From the NCBI GenBank assembly GCA_951406725.2, contig OX597832.1, positions 52,328,001 through 52,392,000 on the forward strand: a stretch of DNA of 64,000 nt, in the 5' to 3' direction. The DNA comes from Octopus vulgaris. Lineage: Eukaryota. Below the pieces are notes generated by a model that was given only the letters and a program-made list of their open reading frames with translations, did not search any database and was not told the DNA's origin. The position numbers and the translations under genes are program-made. How positions within the stretch are numbered: the first letter of the stretch is position 1; the number at the start of each line of letters is the position of its first letter. This document shows, piece after piece, positions 61,309-64,000 of the stretch.

Positions 61309-61521
61309 ATCAAACGGTAAGTTTATTAGGGTTTCGTCGAAAAAGGGTCAACGTTTTTAACTGTCATAGTAAAAGAGAAAAGGGAGGGAAGCAAGTAGTA
61401 TTTTGTTGATCTTCAACGTTGAAGGGAGATTATTCATATCAGCCGCCATTTCAAAGTGATAAAGCAGTTTTGTCAACGTTGTCGGTAAGCTGTTTCTTGG
61501 TCTGTACATATTTACTTTCTA

Positions 61522-62280
61522 ATGAGTTCCATCGGTACTGGTTATGACTTATCTGCATCGCAGTTCTCACCCGACGGGCGTGTATTCCAAGTGGAATATG
61601 CCCAAAAAGCGGTAGAGAACAGCGGCACGGCGATCGGCATTCGCGGCAAAGACGGTGTTGTGTTCGGCGTTGAGAAACTTGTGCGGTCCAAATTGTACGA
61701 AGTGGGAGCAAATAAGAGGATATTCAACATTGATACACACATCGGTGCTGCAGTCGCTGGTCTACTAGCTGATGCTCGTCATGTAATTAAGACATCCCGC
61801 GAAGAAGCCGCTAATTACCGCTACAACTACGGAGAGTCGATTCCCCTCAAGTATCTTACCAACAGAGTTTCCATGTACGTCCATGCTTACACTTTATACA
61901 GCTCCATGCGTCCGTTCGGTGTGAGTATGATTATGGGCTCTTATGAACAAGGCAATCCTCAACTCTATATGATCGATCCCTCTGGTGTATCTTGGGGCTA
62001 TTACGGCTGTGCCATCGGTAAGGCTCGCCAGACAGCGAAAACCGAAATCGAAAAGCTGAAAACCAAAGATATGCCTATTACTGAAGTAGTGAAAGAAGTA
62101 GCTAAAATTATCCATGTTGTCCACGACGAAATCAAAGACAAAGCTTTTGAATTGGAATTAAGTTGGGTTGGAGAACACACTGGTGGAAAACACGAACTTG
62201 TACCAACACATATTTTAGAAGAAGCCGAAACCGCTGCTAAGAACTTCCTCAGGGTCGCAGACGACGACGGAGAAGAGTGA
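61522..62280 (+). CDS. PSMA3: Proteasome subunit alpha type-3 (20S alpha-7), intronless CDS, 252 aa
   Basis: [28 protein letters not shown]-terminus, [23 protein letters not shown], acidic tail. GCCGCCATTT (YY1-like) at 61442 and AATAAA at 62423. Confidence 0.97.
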   Translation: MSSIGTGYDLSASQFSPDGRVFQVEYAQKAVENSGTAIGIRGKDGVVFGVEKLVRSKLYEVGANKRIFNIDTHIGAAVAGLLADARHVIKTSREEAANYRYNYGESIPLKYLTNRVSMYVHAYTLYSSMRPFGVSMIMGSYEQGNPQLYMIDPSGVSWGYYGCAIGKARQTAKTEIEKLKTKDMPITEVVKEVAKIIHVVHDEIKDKAFELELSWVGEHTGGKHELVPTHILEEAETAAKNFLRVADDDGEE

Positions 62281-63632
62281 ATCGAACTGTTGACTCTTAT
62301 TTTTGTATTTTTTAAGCTAAGAATGACTGAATGTGTTTCGATTTCACATCATTATAGAACTGAAGGCGGAAAGTAGTTTCAGTAATGTTTTTTTCTACTG
62401 CTTTTTCGCCTGCATTCCGATCAATAAATACCAAGTTGTCATTGAAAACATCATTTCTTTTCCTCCTGTTTTTGCTGTATTTTATTGTAAAATAATTTTC
62501 AAGAGGTAGGTCAATATTATTCTTAAACGTTTTTCGGTTCTTTTGTTAAAATTGTAGGCAAGTCTTCTTTGTGTTAAATGCTTTATTCTTATCTTTTTTT
62601 AATGTACATATTATAGACGTAGGCATGGCTACGTAATAAGAGGTTTGCTCTCCAACCACGTAATTACGGGTTCGGTCCCACTGCGTGGCACATTGGACAA
62701 GTGTCTTCTACTACAGCCCCGGCCCGACCAAAAAAAGCCTTGTGAATGGATTTGATAGACTGAAACTGAAAGAAGCTCGCCATAGATGTGTTCCCGTTAC
62801 TTAGCTATTCGGCAATAGAGATCGATAGAATAAATACCAGCCTTAAAAGAAATAAGTGCTGGGGTAGATTTGTTCGACTAAACCCATTCAAGGCGGTGCC
62901 CCAGCATGACCGCACTCCAATTACTGAAAACAAGTAAATAAAATAATAAAAAAAAACGTTGCAGTAAAATGGTTGATAAATCGATTTTAACTTGCAATTC
63001 AACCGGATGTCAAGATTCCCCGACAAAAACCGGCACGGAAACAAAAACAACGAAATAGATGCAATATTTATAAAAGTGATTTGGCGAAGGTAAAGACTTA
63101 CACACGCCACCCGTTTTCGGCGGTTAGGGCTTACCGTTGAGCCGAAGGTAAAGAATACGCACACCACCCGTTTTCGGCGTGGACAAAATAACATTGCCTG
63201 ATGTAATAGAATTATTGAAAGGTTACTTGAATTTCTGAATAGTCTACATTGTTGACAGTAAATAGTTTCAGTTGTTGATATAGAATTAATAGTTATACGT
63301 GATTTAATCGGAGCTAATGCAGTTTCGAAACTGCATAGAGTACAACTTTGAGGACAGGAAATACACAATCCGCCAGACCTTCCGTGTATTTCAGTTTCCG
63401 TTCTTTATTCTTCAATTTTTATCTTCAGATTTTATTTCTCGTTGGATTGCCCTTTAAGGTAGGAGATTGCTTTGTTAAAAATCTTGTTAGGCATTTTACG
63501 GTAATTTTTTTTTTTACCAAAATTTACCCATCTGGTATACATTTATTGAGCTTTTTAAAGTTCGACTCTTTGCTTCCTGTGAGGTAATTATTTATGTTAT
63601 GACTCTGCAGTAATTAATGGCAATAAAAAGAC

Positions 63633-63684
63633 GGCGTAACTTCGGTATAGGTACTGGAAGTACCGGATACATTTCAAGAAAGTG

Positions 63685-63726
<42 letters not shown>

Positions 63727-63810
63727 GGGTTAGGGGTGGGAGAAAAGGGTTTCTGTTATCTTCAGAAATGTATACAAAGTCACTTACGGTACGTATACCG
63801 AAGGATCACC
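63633..63810 (+). mobile_element. MITE family 2 copy with internal (TA)n
   Basis: Same termini as the 10769 copy; flanks share AAAAGAC. Confidence 0.8.
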
Positions 63811-64000
63811 AAAAGACCTTAAAATATTGGGTAAACGACTGAGAATTGAAGTATAAACGAAATATTGTTTACTTTGGGGGTTAAACAGTAGTTTCGTTTT
63901 AAAAACACGTGTTTTACGAGGAGAGAAAAAAAAATTTGGGTAATTGAAAAGTATTTAATTAAAATTGGTAACAACAACAAAGAAATAAGATGTAAATGAT

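Noticed and set aside
61451-62124. Antisense ORFs over PSMA3
   Set aside because: Shadows of the coding strand.
63085-63180. Duplicated ~37-bp motif GAAGGTAAAGA...CACCCGTTTTCGGCG as the promoter of a further gene
   Set aside because: A short local duplication with no supportable associated exon in the window.

Overview
AT-rich, repeat-dense animal genomic DNA. The tRNA-derived SINE families, (TA)n/(ATT)n/(GATA)n microsatellites and LINE remnants suggest an octopus or other coleoid cephalopod (inference). Four protein-coding genes can be supported. (1) A spliced, secreted cysteine-rich Argos/giant-lens- or scoloptoxin(11)-like gene on + (four in-phase exons, 21833-29514; last exon unresolved), assembled by hand and missed by the ORF track. 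(2) A single-coding-exon LRR transmembrane protein (43541-45055, +). (3) MMGT1/EMC5 on - (four exons, 57712-49838, 102 aa). (4) An intact, intronless PSMA3 (61522-62280, +), head-to-head with MMGT1. The rest is a dense mobilome: a young non-coding LTR element (34902-38188; tRNA-Trp PBS, PPT, 4-bp TSD) with a related solo LTR nested antisense in its 5' LTR; Penelope-like fold-back remnants with hammerhead-ribozyme motifs; GG...CC-ended MITEs with 8-9 bp TSDs and TTAGGG tracts; Helitrons; mariner/Tc1, hAT and piggyBac derivatives; Gypsy, Tx1/L1, R4/Dong, CR1 and RTE fragments; SINEs and minisatellites. All calls were made by eye, no searches were run, and boundaries of old repeats are approximate.
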